IMG/VR virus record: IMGVR_UViG_3300019752_000001
Source: a virus
Length of the DNA stretch: 64,000 nucleotides
Strand: one strand, 5' to 3'
Shown here: one piece after another, positions 28,711 through 38,798 of the stretch
Numbering within the stretch: the stretch's first letter is position 1
Layout: each line of letters begins with the position of its first letter
Made by a program: the position numbers and the translations under genes
The notes under the pieces: model-generated
Database searches by the model: none
The model's input: only the letters and a program-made list of their open reading frames with translations
What the model was told of the DNA's origin: nothing

Positions 28711-31125
28711 TTGGCAATCCCTAATAACTACAAAAACAGAGTATTCTCTGGAGACATTGAAGCCAATGGACTCCTAGAGACAGTTGATAAAGTTTGGTGT
28801 ATTGTAACTGAGGATATTGAGTCTGAAGAGATGTACACTTTCCACGACTACCCTGAATTGTGTGGTCAAGAGGTTGTAGATCCTCATGATAATATAACCT
28901 ACACCATCCCAGAGCGCACTGGGAGCCTTGTGGAGGGTGTTCGATTCTGGTACTTAGCAGGACGCAATGGAAGTAAACTTGCTGTACACAACTGTGCAGG
29001 ATATGACAAGCTGCTTGTTGAGAAGTTCTGGCCTAAGTGTGTTATTCCTGATGAAGCTTGGGATGACACATTAATATGGAGCAAGATTCAGTGGTTTGAA
29101 CGAGGAACCCCTAAAGGTGCTAAAGGTGTACATGGTCTTCAAGCATGGGGTTGTAGGTTTGGTATCAATAAACCTGATATTGTAGACTGGACAGTGATGG
29201 ACGCTTTCATGCTGCATCGTTGTATAGAAGATGTTAAGATTCAAACTAAGACGTACAACTATTTATTGAAGGAAAGGAAAGCTGTAAAGTCTAAACTTAA
29301 CATTGACTTCACCGAAGGCTATCAATTAGAGTTTAAAGTCAGACAGGAAGATACTTGGCAGGAACTTAATGGAGCTAATATAGACAAACCTGCTTGTGAG
29401 GACTGCATAGTAGAGCTTGATAAGCTATCTAGTGAACTTAGAAATGAAATTGAACCACAACTCCCACAACATGTTAAGGCTAAAACTCAGAAAGTGAGTT
29501 TGTCTGAGTTAGGTGAATTGTTAGGGTTGAAAAGAAAGCTTGTGGATGAAACTGAAAGGGTTGTTGTTAAAGGTGAGTGGGTGGAGAAGGTTAAGAAGCC
29601 TTACCACAAACCTTCTGTTAATTACACTTCTAGGAAAAAACTTCTCCAATACTCTGGCGAACATGTAGTATATGGTAAGACTTTAACCTATGAAAAACGT
29701 GCACAATTATCTACATGGATAAAAGAAACCTTCCCAGACACTAAGCAGAAAGATTGGAATATTAAGAAGGTTGAAATTGAGTACGAAGTGTTGAATCATC
29801 ACACAGTTAATCATTTTGAATGTGATCCAACTGATACAGAGTATGTGTGTGGGCCTCATACACGTGTTGAATGGCTTGATACTAAGATGAGTCAGCATGA
29901 CAAGGTTAAACAGTTCTTGTTGAAGCTGGGATGGGTTCCTGATGAATGGAACTATAAGAAAGATCCTATCAAGGGTGGGTTGATGAAGGATGATGACAGG
30001 AAACCTATTCCAACATCACCGAAGTTAACAGAGAGCAGTTATGAAACTCTTCCGCCTGGCTTAGGTATGCAGATTGCTGAGTACAACACATACATGCACC
30101 GTAGGCGCTTTCTAGCTAACCCAGAAGATGATGAGAAAGGTATCCTTAACATGCTGCGTGAAGATGGAAGGTTGTCCTGTGGGCTTAACAACTTTGCTAC
30201 AGCTACTGGAAGGTATATACAGAGTAAGTGGGTGAATGCTCCTGGTGAAGGTGCTCTGTATGGAGAGAAGATTCGTAGTCTGCTAATCCCTTCTCCTGGG
30301 TGGGAGTTGGTTGGGGCTGATATGAAGAGTGCTCAGTTGAGTATTGCTGCATACTATGCTAATAATTTGGAGTATTACAACGCTGTTGCTGATGGACAAG
30401 AAGAGATAGAATTACCAGATGGAACTAAGAAGTATCTTGGGGAAAGTGGTCACTGTGTAAATGCTCGTGCATTCACCTTGGTAAGTGATGCTGAGTGGAA
30501 AGAGGCTGTACGTACACAAGATTCAGTGTTATTGAAAAGTATTATGCTTCGTCGTAAGAAGAGTAAAGGTGGTAGTTTTAGTACTATCTTTGGAGCATCT
30601 GGTAGGAAAGTTGCACAGACATTAGGTATTCCTGAGTCATTAGGGGAAGCTAAGAAGAATGCCTTCTTGAAGAACATTGGTCTTGACAGGGTGATAGAAA
30701 TCCTTAAAATGATGACCACAGCTAATGCAAGAGCAGGTGGAGGGTACATTGAACTACCCTTTGGTTATCATGTTTGGAGTAACCAGCAACATAAATACTT
30801 CAACTATCTTGACCAAGGAACTGAAGCTGCTTGTCAGAAGTTTGCTACTCATTACTTTGAAGATCAGTTGAAGGAAAGAAAACTTGACTCTCAAGCGATG
30901 AGGGTGTTAAATATACATGATGAGTATTTGGTAGATTGTCATCCAGATATTTCTAAAGAGGTTGGTAAGCTCATGTGTGAGTCTTATGAAGTTGCTAGCT
31001 ACGAATGTTGGGAATGGCATAAGAAGAACAGCAAATGGTTTACGGGAGATGACCTACCAACATTCATGTTTAACTTGGATGGTGGTTGTAAGATCTCTGC
31101 TAACAATTACCTTGAAACACATTGA
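28711..31125 (+). CDS. polA: family A DNA polymerase with 3'-5' exonuclease
   Basis: DIEA, HN..YD, ATGR, motif A GADMKSAQL, motif B RKKSK...F...FG, motif C IHDE. Confidence 0.95.
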   Translation: MAIPNNYKNRVFSGDIEANGLLETVDKVWCIVTEDIESEEMYTFHDYPELCGQEVVDPHDNITYTIPERTGSLVEGVRFWYLAGRNGSKLAVHNCAGYDKLLVEKFWPKCVIPDEAWDDTLIWSKIQWFERGTPKGAKGVHGLQAWGCRFGINKPDIVDWTVMDAFMLHRCIEDVKIQTKTYNYLLKERKAVKSKLNIDFTEGYQLEFKVRQEDTWQELNGANIDKPACEDCIVELDKLSSELRNEIEPQLPQHVKAKTQKVSLSELGELLGLKRKLVDETERVVVKGEWVEKVKKPYHKPSVNYTSRKKLLQYSGEHVVYGKTLTYEKRAQLSTWIKETFPDTKQKDWNIKKVEIEYEVLNHHTVNHFECDPTDTEYVCGPHTRVEWLDTKMSQHDKVKQFLLKLGWVPDEWNYKKDPIKGGLMKDDDRKPIPTSPKLTESSYETLPPGLGMQIAEYNTYMHRRRFLANPEDDEKGILNMLREDGRLSCGLNNFATATGRYIQSKWVNAPGEGALYGEKIRSLLIPSPGWELVGADMKSAQLSIAAYYANNLEYYNAVADGQEEIELPDGTKKYLGESGHCVNARAFTLVSDAEWKEAVRTQDSVLLKSIMLRRKKSKGGSFSTIFGASGRKVAQTLGIPESLGEAKKNAFLKNIGLDRVIEILKMMTTANARAGGGYIELPFGYHVWSNQQHKYFNYLDQGTEAACQKFATHYFEDQLKERKLDSQAMRVLNIHDEYLVDCHPDISKEVGKLMCESYEVASYECWEWHKKNSKWFTGDDLPTFMFNLDGGCKISANNYLETH

Positions 31126-31240
31126 TAGGAAGAGAACTTTGAACTATCACACTTTATCCGTATTAGAAGTTCAAGAACTTAGGCAGGACTTGAAGAGTAG
31201 TTTGATTAAACTTGAAGAAATTATCGAAGAGGAGAAAACC

Positions 31241-31618
31241 ATGACTAACACAAAATACAAGCTATACAATGTTTATAAAGTAGTTGATGACGAGAGAAAA
31301 GAATTAGTGGAAACTTACATATCTTATCGAGGAGCTTATAATCAAGAGTCTGGAGCTTTTTACTTCGACGAACTAGGTGTTGATGACGATGATATTGTAG
31401 AATATCCAAGCAATACGTTCTATTGGGAAGAAGAACCTGATAAGAACAAAACTATTCAATCCCTATTTTCACACTCTTATTTCCGAGGTACACAGAACCC
31501 TCATGAGTGTTTTGCTCACTTGTTAGGTGTGTCTCGTAACCGAGCTAAAGAGTTGGCTGTAGCTATTAGTTATTATGGAGTACAAGCTACTACTCCTCCT
31601 GCACATACACTTTACTAA
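31241..31618 (+). CDS. hypothetical protein, tandem paralog A
   Basis: start moved to MTNTKY after GGAG; paralog of next gene. Confidence 0.75.
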   Translation: MTNTKYKLYNVYKVVDDERKELVETYISYRGAYNQESGAFYFDELGVDDDDIVEYPSNTFYWEEEPDKNKTIQSLFSHSYFRGTQNPHECFAHLLGVSRNRAKELAVAISYYGVQATTPPAHTLY

Positions 31619-31629
31619 GGAGAAAAACC

Positions 31630-32028
31630 ATGACTAACACAACTACAAAGTACAACGTTTACAATATCTACCGTAAGTTAGATAACGGTAAGAAGAAGCT
31701 TGAAGAGTGTTATGTGACTGATAATATCCACACAGCACATGATAATAAATTCTGGTTAACAGCTGTGAACATACCCGCAGAACCTAACTATAAAGTGTAC
31801 GACCCTGATCAGTATCTTTGGGAGATTGAAACCAGAGAGCATCGGAAGTTGATGGAGTTCTACTTAAACTCTTATTTCTACGGAGAGAGTAAAGACCGTC
31901 ACGGTAACTTCGCAAAGCTTTTGGGGATTTCTCGACGAGAAGCTAAAAATTTAGTTTATATGATTACCTACAGAGGGGTTACTTCTTACCTTAAAAACAA
32001 CAAAGAAGGGTATGCCACAGATGTCTGA
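31630..32028 (+). CDS. hypothetical protein, tandem paralog B
   Basis: shares YNVY/YNIY N-term and H..FA.LLG.SR..AK.L...I.Y.G C-term with paralog A. Confidence 0.75.
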   Translation: MTNTTTKYNVYNIYRKLDNGKKKLEECYVTDNIHTAHDNKFWLTAVNIPAEPNYKVYDPDQYLWEIETREHRKLMEFYLNSYFYGESKDRHGNFAKLLGISRREAKNLVYMITYRGVTSYLKNNKEGYATDV

Positions 32029-32251
32029 TATGAAGATTCTACCGAACAAAGTTGTTGCACATTTCGATGGAAATGATATTATGTGTACTGCACATACTAT
32101 TTGCGAAAACGGAGTTGAAGTGTTAACATTTACCATGGAGGGTTGGGACGAGAACAATGAATCATTAGCTTCCAGTTTGAAGATGCCTACAGAACACCTT
32201 GAGAAGTTTGAAGGTTTTATTGGTAAGCTTGTTAAGTTGATGGAAGATTAG
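32012..32251 (+). CDS. hypothetical protein
   Basis: ORF track. Confidence 0.65.
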   Translation: MPQMSDMKILPNKVVAHFDGNDIMCTAHTICENGVEVLTFTMEGWDENNESLASSLKMPTEHLEKFEGFIGKLVKLMED

Positions 32252-32326
32252 TGTATATTACTATAAATGGCTGTAACAACTGAAGAGGAAGATTATGTAA
32301 TGACTGCACAAGCTTGATGAGAGAAT

Positions 32327-32370
32327 GGATATATATATATATATATATATATCCTCCTACACACACACAC
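32327..32370. repeat. GG(AT)12CC palindromic microsatellite plus (AC)6
   Basis: direct reading. Confidence 0.9.
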
Positions 32371-32408
32371 GAACAACTGTTTATAATTTAATAAGGAACT
32401 ACTAAACA

Positions 32409-33155
32409 ATGACTACTATGACTACAGAACAAGCTAACACTATCTACGACAACATCAAAGGTTCTATGGTAGATAACCTACCTAACCTTACCAAGAAGTT
32501 CGGTGAAATGGTGTTGGCTGGTGAAGTGTACCGTTGCAACACAGATCGCAGCAAACTATCTAAGGATAACAATAAGTACTCTCTATCGCTAAAGATTGAC
32601 AAGCCTACCTTCGTAGCGTTTAAGAAGTTTGTTAGTGAGAATGGTAAACTTACAGGGCTGAAGGCTGTTGAAGTAAAGGTGAAGGAGCTGGATGAAGAAG
32701 GTAATCCTGTCAAGCGCGATGATAAGTTTGTCTTTGTAGAAGATGATATGGGTGATGTGGTTAAAGAGTTCTCTCACTACCAGATTAGCGTTTACCAGAA
32801 CCCAACTATCAAGGGTGAGGATGTAGAGGTAAGTGTTACAGATGTTCTTACTGGAGAACCTGTCACAGGTGTGCTGGCTGAGGGTAGTCGAGTGGCAGTG
32901 AATGTATCTGCATATGACACAGTGTTCCGTGACAACCCTGCACGAGGTCTTAACCTTGGCCAGATTAAAGTGTTTGAACATGTAGCGCTGTCTGGTGGAG
33001 GTGGTAGTGACCCTTGGGCTGCATTTGGTCTTAGCAAGGCAGATATTGCAGCATCAGCTCCACCTCCTCCATCTGCTCCTGCGCAGGGACCTTTCAAGGA
33101 GGCTATTTCTCCTGAGCTGCCGGAAGATGAAGAGGACGATCAGATCCCATTTTAA
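32409..33155 (+). CDS. single-stranded DNA-binding protein (T7 gp2.5-like)
   Basis: GSRVAV...RGLNLGQIKV and acidic tail EDEEDDQIPF; replication module context. Confidence 0.8.
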   Translation: MTTMTTEQANTIYDNIKGSMVDNLPNLTKKFGEMVLAGEVYRCNTDRSKLSKDNNKYSLSLKIDKPTFVAFKKFVSENGKLTGLKAVEVKVKELDEEGNPVKRDDKFVFVEDDMGDVVKEFSHYQISVYQNPTIKGEDVEVSVTDVLTGEPVTGVLAEGSRVAVNVSAYDTVFRDNPARGLNLGQIKVFEHVALSGGGGSDPWAAFGLSKADIAASAPPPPSAPAQGPFKEAISPELPEDEEDDQIPF

Positions 33156-33186
33156 AATAGTTACTAAAAATAAGTGATACCTTAGA

Positions 33187-33216
33187 AGAAGGGCTGCTTC
33201 GGCAGCTCTTTTTATT
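33187..33216 (+). terminator. rho-independent terminator
   Basis: GGGCTGC-TTCG-GCAGCTC followed by T-tract. Confidence 0.85.
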
Positions 33217-33245
33217 TGCCTAAAATTTACACAAGGAACTAATAC

Positions 33246-33863
33246 ATGCCTGCTAATAAAACCTCTGTAGGAAGCCACATAGATCTCTACTGCGAGGTGA
33301 TTGAAGAATACCCCTCAACAAAAGGACAGCCTAAGTTCATCCTCATCAAGAGCCTTGACAAATCTTCTGAAGGAGAGATGTCACAACTCTTCTCAGATCA
33401 GCAACATAAGTTTTGTGGACAGACACTAAAAGTTGGTGATAAGTTTGGAGCTGTAGGTGAGGTTACAGCAGACAACCAGGGAACTCTTGTCCTGTGTCTG
33501 TCAAAGTTTAAGAAGATGTATGGACAGGAACCTGCAAAGGGGAAGGTGTATAAGAAAGATAACTCTGGTATGGAAACAGGTCATGCACTGAATGCTGCTT
33601 TCTTCTGGGGAGCCTCTCCTGCTCAACTGTGTGAGAAGGCTAAACAGATGCACTCATCAACTGTAAAGGTGAAGGAACGCTATGCAGAGCATATGGATAA
33701 GCCAGCCACAGACTATGGAATTGGAGCTGCAACAGGCAATGCTATCCACCTTGCTTGTCGTTATAAACAAGGAGCCTCTCAGGAAGTTGTAGAGAACACT
33801 GCTTGGGCTATACTGACAAAGATTGTTCCAGATGTTACAGAGTTTGTTAAAGAGAACTGTTAA
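33246..33863 (+). CDS. hypothetical protein (possible OB-fold)
   Basis: ORF track; AAGGA RBS. Confidence 0.7.
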   Translation: MPANKTSVGSHIDLYCEVIEEYPSTKGQPKFILIKSLDKSSEGEMSQLFSDQQHKFCGQTLKVGDKFGAVGEVTADNQGTLVLCLSKFKKMYGQEPAKGKVYKKDNSGMETGHALNAAFFWGASPAQLCEKAKQMHSSTVKVKERYAEHMDKPATDYGIGAATGNAIHLACRYKQGASQEVVENTAWAILTKIVPDVTEFVKENC

Positions 33864-34094
33864 GGAAAGTGTTAAATGCGGAAGCTAAAAACTCGTAAGA
33901 AGGTATGTAAGCGTGAAAGGTTGCGTAGGCAGGAGCAATCGTTTGTAGACAAAGGAGGAAGGTATTTAGGTGACTTTGAAGGAGGAAGTATTAAAACTCC
34001 TACGTTGAAAGTAATTTCGGGAGGATAAGGTTTACAACCTCGAGGGATTAGACTAAAATAAACATCTAAGTTAACTATTGAAGGAGAAGAAGAT

Positions 34095-34478
34095 ATGAAC
34101 TATACAGGCCAGGTCAAAACGGTAAAGGAAGTAGTTGTGGTAAAAGGGAAGGAACACACTGTTGAGATCTCCCCAGACAAGTGGGAGAAACATAAAGAGC
34201 AGATCAGAGCTTATATACGAGGATCGGATATTGAGGTAGATGTAGGAGGTAGATGGTGTCATGTATACAATCCTCAATGGCTCATGCATCAGCAATACCG
34301 TGCGAAGGTGACTAATCAACCAGAAGCTGCTCAGATTTGGAAAGACAGGAATGGAACCCATTACGTCTACTCTTATGAGCAAGGGATGGTTAGTTTAGAT
34401 ACAGGAGAGGTTTACCATGATTACGACCCAGGAGATGTCATTTATGTATGTGACCATTACACTAAAATACCTCGATAA
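34095..34478 (+). CDS. hypothetical protein
   Basis: ORF track; AAGGAG RBS. Confidence 0.7.
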   Translation: MNYTGQVKTVKEVVVVKGKEHTVEISPDKWEKHKEQIRAYIRGSDIEVDVGGRWCHVYNPQWLMHQQYRAKVTNQPEAAQIWKDRNGTHYVYSYEQGMVSLDTGEVYHDYDPGDVIYVCDHYTKIPR

Positions 34479-34492
34479 GGAGAGCTTACAAC

Positions 34493-34744
34493 ATGAACAC
34501 GTACACTAAAGACTCTACCGCTAGTGATCCTTGGTCTGCATCTATCCTCAAGAACTACTCAGATGTTACAACCAGTGAATTATTGAGGGATATTCACAAG
34601 CTACAGGAGGAGGTTAAGCTTGCACAGGAACAGGCCGAAACCTTTAAGGAATTGGCTATAGGTTATAAGGAGCTTTTCTGGCGCAGTCAGAATCTAATAG
34701 AGGAAACACTAACAAGTAATAAAAAATCTGATCAATCATCTTAA
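34493..34744 (+). CDS. coiled-coil protein, duplicated at 35246-35509
   Basis: ELLRDIH.LQ.EVKLAQEQAETFKELAIGY in both copies. Confidence 0.65.
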   Translation: MNTYTKDSTASDPWSASILKNYSDVTTSELLRDIHKLQEEVKLAQEQAETFKELAIGYKELFWRSQNLIEETLTSNKKSDQSS

Positions 34745-34764
34745 TAGTATTTAAGGAGCCCCTT

Positions 34765-35196
34765 ATGAAAACTTTTGTAGAACAAGATTTCACTCGGTGT
34801 CCTATATGCAGCTCTGATAACTGCGGAGTGTATCCTAATGATGACGGAACTAAATGGATATTTACAGCAGGATGTTTAAATTGTGGAAAGGAGGTTGGTA
34901 CGTATAAAGATCTTACGGGAGCAGGGGTTGGTTGGGAACATTGGGTTAAAGTGTACGTACTGGAAGAACATGTGGCTGCTCAGGAGTCATTTATTTTGAC
35001 ATTACAAAACTGTTTAGCCAACTCTGAAGACAGAGAGCAGAGAATGTTTGAACGTCTGTGCAGTAAAAACTCAGAAGTTGAAGAACTAAAAAGTAAATTG
35101 GAAGAGGTTAATGAGGAGTTTACTGAACTATCGGATGTACTGGATGGACTACCTATTGACTTTGAAGAGTTATTAGATAAGTATCCATTGAGTTAA
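34765..35196 (+). CDS. Lar-like zinc ribbon plus coiled coil
   Basis: CPIC...CLNCG...WE followed by heptad repeats. Confidence 0.6.
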   Translation: MKTFVEQDFTRCPICSSDNCGVYPNDDGTKWIFTAGCLNCGKEVGTYKDLTGAGVGWEHWVKVYVLEEHVAAQESFILTLQNCLANSEDREQRMFERLCSKNSEVEELKSKLEEVNEEFTELSDVLDGLPIDFEELLDKYPLS

Positions 35197-35245
35197 GCAG
35201 GGTGGGGTATATTACAGAAGGTACTGTTGGTTGGGAGGCTAAAAC

Positions 35246-35509
35246 CTGAACACGTACACTAAATACGCGTACAGCGTAGGTAATCCATTCAACAATTTTA
35301 TATTTAAGAACAGAGAGCGTGTGACAGAGGATGAGTTGTTGAGGGATATTCACGAACTGCAAGCTGAGGTTAAGCTTGCACAGGAGCAGGCTGAAACCTT
35401 TAAGGAATTGGCTATAGGTTATACAGAACTTTTATGTCGCAGCCAGAATCGAACAGATGAATTACTAACAATCAATAAAGATCTGATCAATCGCCTGAAT
35501 AGCATATAA
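35246..35509 (+). pseudogene. degenerate duplicate of 34493-34744
   Basis: ATGAACACGTACACTAAA has become CTGAACACGTACACTAAA; 5' part diverged, 3' part near-identical (track ORF 35321-35509). Confidence 0.55.
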
Positions 35510-35535
35510 GGTTAATTCCATAACTCCTAAACAAC

Positions 35536-35577
35536 AAAAGCCCGACAGGAAACTATTAAGTCTCTTGTCAGGCTTTT
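35536..35577. terminator. bidirectional terminator between convergent modules
   Basis: AAAAGCC-CGACA...TGTCA-GGCTTTT. Confidence 0.75.
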
Positions 35578-35608
35578 CTGTGTCTGTTGTTTATTACTTA
35601 ATTATTAT

Positions 35609-35956
35609 TCAGTTCTCCACTCCGCTGGCTGCAACCGTCAGCATAGCTTGTACTACCTCTAACCTAATCCTCTGACTAAAATCTACCAAATTCTTAAGCT
35701 CAATAGTCAGGAAGTATCTCCCTACCGGAAGGAGAGCTGTCTCTTCAGGTTGTAGGTAGAATACGAAGGAGGTGTTATCCACACTCTTACCTAACAGTCC
35801 TTGCATTTCAATATCACCTGTAATAGTCTCATTACGTAATGTATAAGTTCCTATCCAATTTGCTGATGAGATGTCATCAAACTCTGTGAATCTGAATATC
35901 TCCTCACTAGAGTTATCTCCTTGTACCAATGAAATACTGCTTATTAAACTTTGCAT
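35609..35956 (-). CDS. BppU-like Ig-fold virion accessory protein
   Basis: start moved to MQSLIS after GAGGAG; VQGD...LQPEETALLPVGRY pattern. Confidence 0.5.
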   Translation of the reverse strand: MQSLISSISLVQGDNSSEEIFRFTEFDDISSANWIGTYTLRNETITGDIEMQGLLGKSVDNTSFVFYLQPEETALLPVGRYFLTIELKNLVDFSQRIRLEVVQAMLTVAASGVEN

Positions 35957-35975
35957 ATTATCTTCTCCTCTCCCT

Positions 35976-36161
35976 CTAACGAGAAACATCTTGTCTGTTA
36001 CATAAGGTATACTGTGTTCTTGTAACACTTACAGTGTGTGTATTAGTCTGTAAGCTAATTATATGTGGCCTGGATTCCCTCAGCACAGACAGATCGTACA
36101 ACACTATACCTGTAGGACTAACAATTCCTCTTCCCAAACCAAACGTGATTAAGTTTGACAT
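35976..36161 (-). CDS. small hypothetical protein
   Basis: ORF track; GGGAG RBS. Confidence 0.55.
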   Translation of the reverse strand: MSNLITFGLGRGIVSPTGIVLYDLSVLRESRPHIISLQTNTHTVSVTRTQYTLCNRQDVSR

Positions 36162-36176
36162 AAACTACTCTCCCTA

Positions 36177-38798
36177 CTAAACAGGTTCTCTTCTTAGAAT
36201 GTTCATATTAGTTGGTTGCCCTGCTTCATCAAACAGATTGAATGTTCGCAACACGGTTGTATTATCAGCTTCATACATGATTAGTTGAGTTCCTACAATC
36301 TCCCACCTACCGAGCAGCCCATTCTTAATATCTACTACATCCTGTGTCAAAGTGTTTAAGTCTGGATTAGTAGGAGCTACATAATCAGCTGCTAACAGGG
36401 CATTGTCTGTGCCTCTCATATTCCTGGCATCCACTGTATCTGTGCTTGCGTCAAACTCACTACGAGAACTAACTGTTGTATCCAGATTAGCTAGGCTATC
36501 AAGCCTAGTGTCAGCAGACTGTAGAAGACTGGACACATCAGCTTGGTAATCGCCTTTATTCATGTAACTATCCAGTGCTGTGTGTATATCTGTGTCAGAT
36601 GTATTGCTGAGAGCCTCTAGAGCCGTCCTATCAGCAGAGTTGAAGGCTGAGGTAGGTAATGTACTAACTGTTGTAGAAAGGCTGTCTATGGAGGTCTGAG
36701 AGGCTCTGGAGGCTACAGTGGCTTCCTTAGCTACTACGGAGGAACTTTCCACCTCGGTTACAACCCCTGTTACAACATCAGCTACAGAGATGTTATTGAG
36801 TGCATCTATCGCAGCTGTAAGAGAAGTTGTAACTGCAGCTACTTCAGTAGAAGAGGCTCTTGAACTTATCACTTCGTCTACACGATCATTAATCAGACTT
36901 CTTAAGGCTGACCATTCCATTCCAACAGATCCCGGCAAAGTGAACTCTGAAGTCTGTGCATTCCATACATCCTGCGATGACACAAAGTTAGCTAACACAG
37001 CCTGTAAAGGTTGTCCATTCTGCCAGAAGCTAAAGTCACCTACATTTACAGGGTTTGCAACAGGAGCTACTACATCATCTATCCAGACACTTCCATCATC
37101 ACTCTGCGCACTGAATGTTAGAGTTAGTACACCATCTACACCAGATGTTTGAGTACCTGATACAGTGAACTGTTGGAACACATCATCAATATCCTGTATA
37201 GTGAATGAGCTAGGTGTTATCCCTAACCCTGATAAAGTTGCTGTTGGAAGATTAGTACTACCATATGCACTACTTTTTCTTATGTAGCCTGATACAACTA
37301 CTGGAGTGTTTGTTGGTGCAAATATATCCAGGGTAAAAGTGAAGGGTGCTGAATCATCATTTAGATCTATTCTTGCTGAAGGTGCTGAAGTCCTTGCTAT
37401 GGTATTATCTCTGAATAGGCTACCAACTCTCCTATGTGTCTCCTGGTTCCTGGGGTTTCTATCTCGGTTGCTTATCATTATTGCAGCGGACTCAGAGGCA
37501 TTTTCTATATTAGCTATAAAGTTTGTTGATGTCCCGAACAAACAATCAGTACACAAAACCTCACTCACTGCATTATTGTTAACTAGGAAAGGTCTTAGTA
37601 GTTCTGTACCAGTGGGACCAAACACACTATCTATTACTCTATGAGCTGATCCAAAACCTAAGGTAAAACCATTATCTGATGACCTAAACTCACAATCTCT
37701 TATCAGGAAAGAGTTACCAGTACCTATCGATATACACTGTAAACTTCCCGAGAATACACACCTGTTGAATACCGGATTAACCCCGCCTTGTGAGAAACCT
37801 GACAACACTGCAATCTCTGTTCTATGGAAAAGGGAGTCCTCAATCGTACAGGTAGACCCTTGCCTTATAGTAACACCATTACCTTCTACATCGAATGCTA
37901 AGTTAGAAGCTACTACTCTTGACCCTATAGAAAAGAAGTCAACTCCATAGTCACCATTAAAATCTGTAAAGGTGCAATCTCTAAAGGAGTTTACAGCATC
38001 TTGTGTTGTAGATCCGAATGCAGTGAACCCTAAACCTGCTCTAGTAGAGCCAGATACATAACTAATATGATTAAATTCCGTTTGAACAATATTCTTTATA
38101 CGTGCACTAAGAGTGTGTATACTTAACTGTACAAACGTTACAAAGTTTTCATCTGTAGCTTTCACCACAACACTCTTACTCATATTAGAGAGGTATTGTC
38201 CTTGTGGATGCACCTGGGTTAAAGCTGAAGATAGGGTTATTGTATTACCTGACACCCCACTTATAACAACCCTTTCCTGTCCTGTTCTTAACGGAGTTGG
38301 AGACATGAGGATTAGGTTATCCCCTACCATCCAACCTGTGGCGTCCTCTACTTCAAGTGTTGTACTTCCTAATGCCGCTACTGCAGTAGTTTGTGTGTTA
38401 GTGGTCTTATCAGCTCCTTGAAAGGATATGTTAGTATCTCCGTCTGTCCACATACCCCACTTGCCTGATGCTAAGGTATCAGAATTGTTAAGGTTTATTG
38501 TTGCAGATACAGTCAGAGGTATTGGATCAGCTTGTGTTCCATAGTCAAAAGATCCTGTGCCTTCTACTCGCAGATCTCCCTTTACAGTTAGGTTTGAAGT
38601 AACACTCCTGCTAGCCTTCAAAGTTCCTCCTGTGAAGACTACAACACCTCGGTTTGTATCATCCCCCCAATTATACACACTGTCTATTGTACATTCATGT
38701 CTAATCTCAACACTGTCATCTTCAACAGGAACAACACCCCCAACCCATGTAGATGTGGCAGAGGCTAGCCCGTCTTGCGCTGTAACTATTGTAGCCAT
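36177..38798 (-). CDS. large beta-helix (pectin lyase-like) virion appendage / putative receptor-binding protein
   Basis: N-term G8-like W.GG.VP..D.V.I.H, parallel beta-helix repeats (IxDCxF), carbohydrate-binding-like module, helical repeats. Confidence 0.65.
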   Translation of the reverse strand: MATIVTAQDGLASATSTWVGGVVPVEDDSVEIRHECTIDSVYNWGDDTNRGVVVFTGGTLKASRSVTSNLTVKGDLRVEGTGSFDYGTQADPIPLTVSATINLNNSDTLASGKWGMWTDGDTNISFQGADKTTNTQTTAVAALGSTTLEVEDATGWMVGDNLILMSPTPLRTGQERVVISGVSGNTITLSSALTQVHPQGQYLSNMSKSVVVKATDENFVTFVQLSIHTLSARIKNIVQTEFNHISYVSGSTRAGLGFTAFGSTTQDAVNSFRDCTFTDFNGDYGVDFFSIGSRVVASNLAFDVEGNGVTIRQGSTCTIEDSLFHRTEIAVLSGFSQGGVNPVFNRCVFSGSLQCISIGTGNSFLIRDCEFRSSDNGFTLGFGSAHRVIDSVFGPTGTELLRPFLVNNNAVSEVLCTDCLFGTSTNFIANIENASESAAIMISNRDRNPRNQETHRRVGSLFRDNTIARTSAPSARIDLNDDSAPFTFTLDIFAPTNTPVVVSGYIRKSSAYGSTNLPTATLSGLGITPSSFTIQDIDDVFQQFTVSGTQTSGVDGVLTLTFSAQSDDGSVWIDDVVAPVANPVNVGDFSFWQNGQPLQAVLANFVSSQDVWNAQTSEFTLPGSVGMEWSALRSLINDRVDEVISSRASSTEVAAVTTSLTAAIDALNNISVADVVTGVVTEVESSSVVAKEATVASRASQTSIDSLSTTVSTLPTSAFNSADRTALEALSNTSDTDIHTALDSYMNKGDYQADVSSLLQSADTRLDSLANLDTTVSSRSEFDASTDTVDARNMRGTDNALLAADYVAPTNPDLNTLTQDVVDIKNGLLGRWEIVGTQLIMYEADNTTVLRTFNLFDEAGQPTNMNILRREPV

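Noticed and set aside
28711-31125. Intein or group I intron in polA or primase-helicase
   Set aside because: Frames are continuous and no intein terminal motifs or homing endonuclease motifs were seen.
30962-31240. N-terminal extension of the track's 218-aa ORF
   Set aside because: Overlaps polA; RBS and paralog alignment place the start at 31241.
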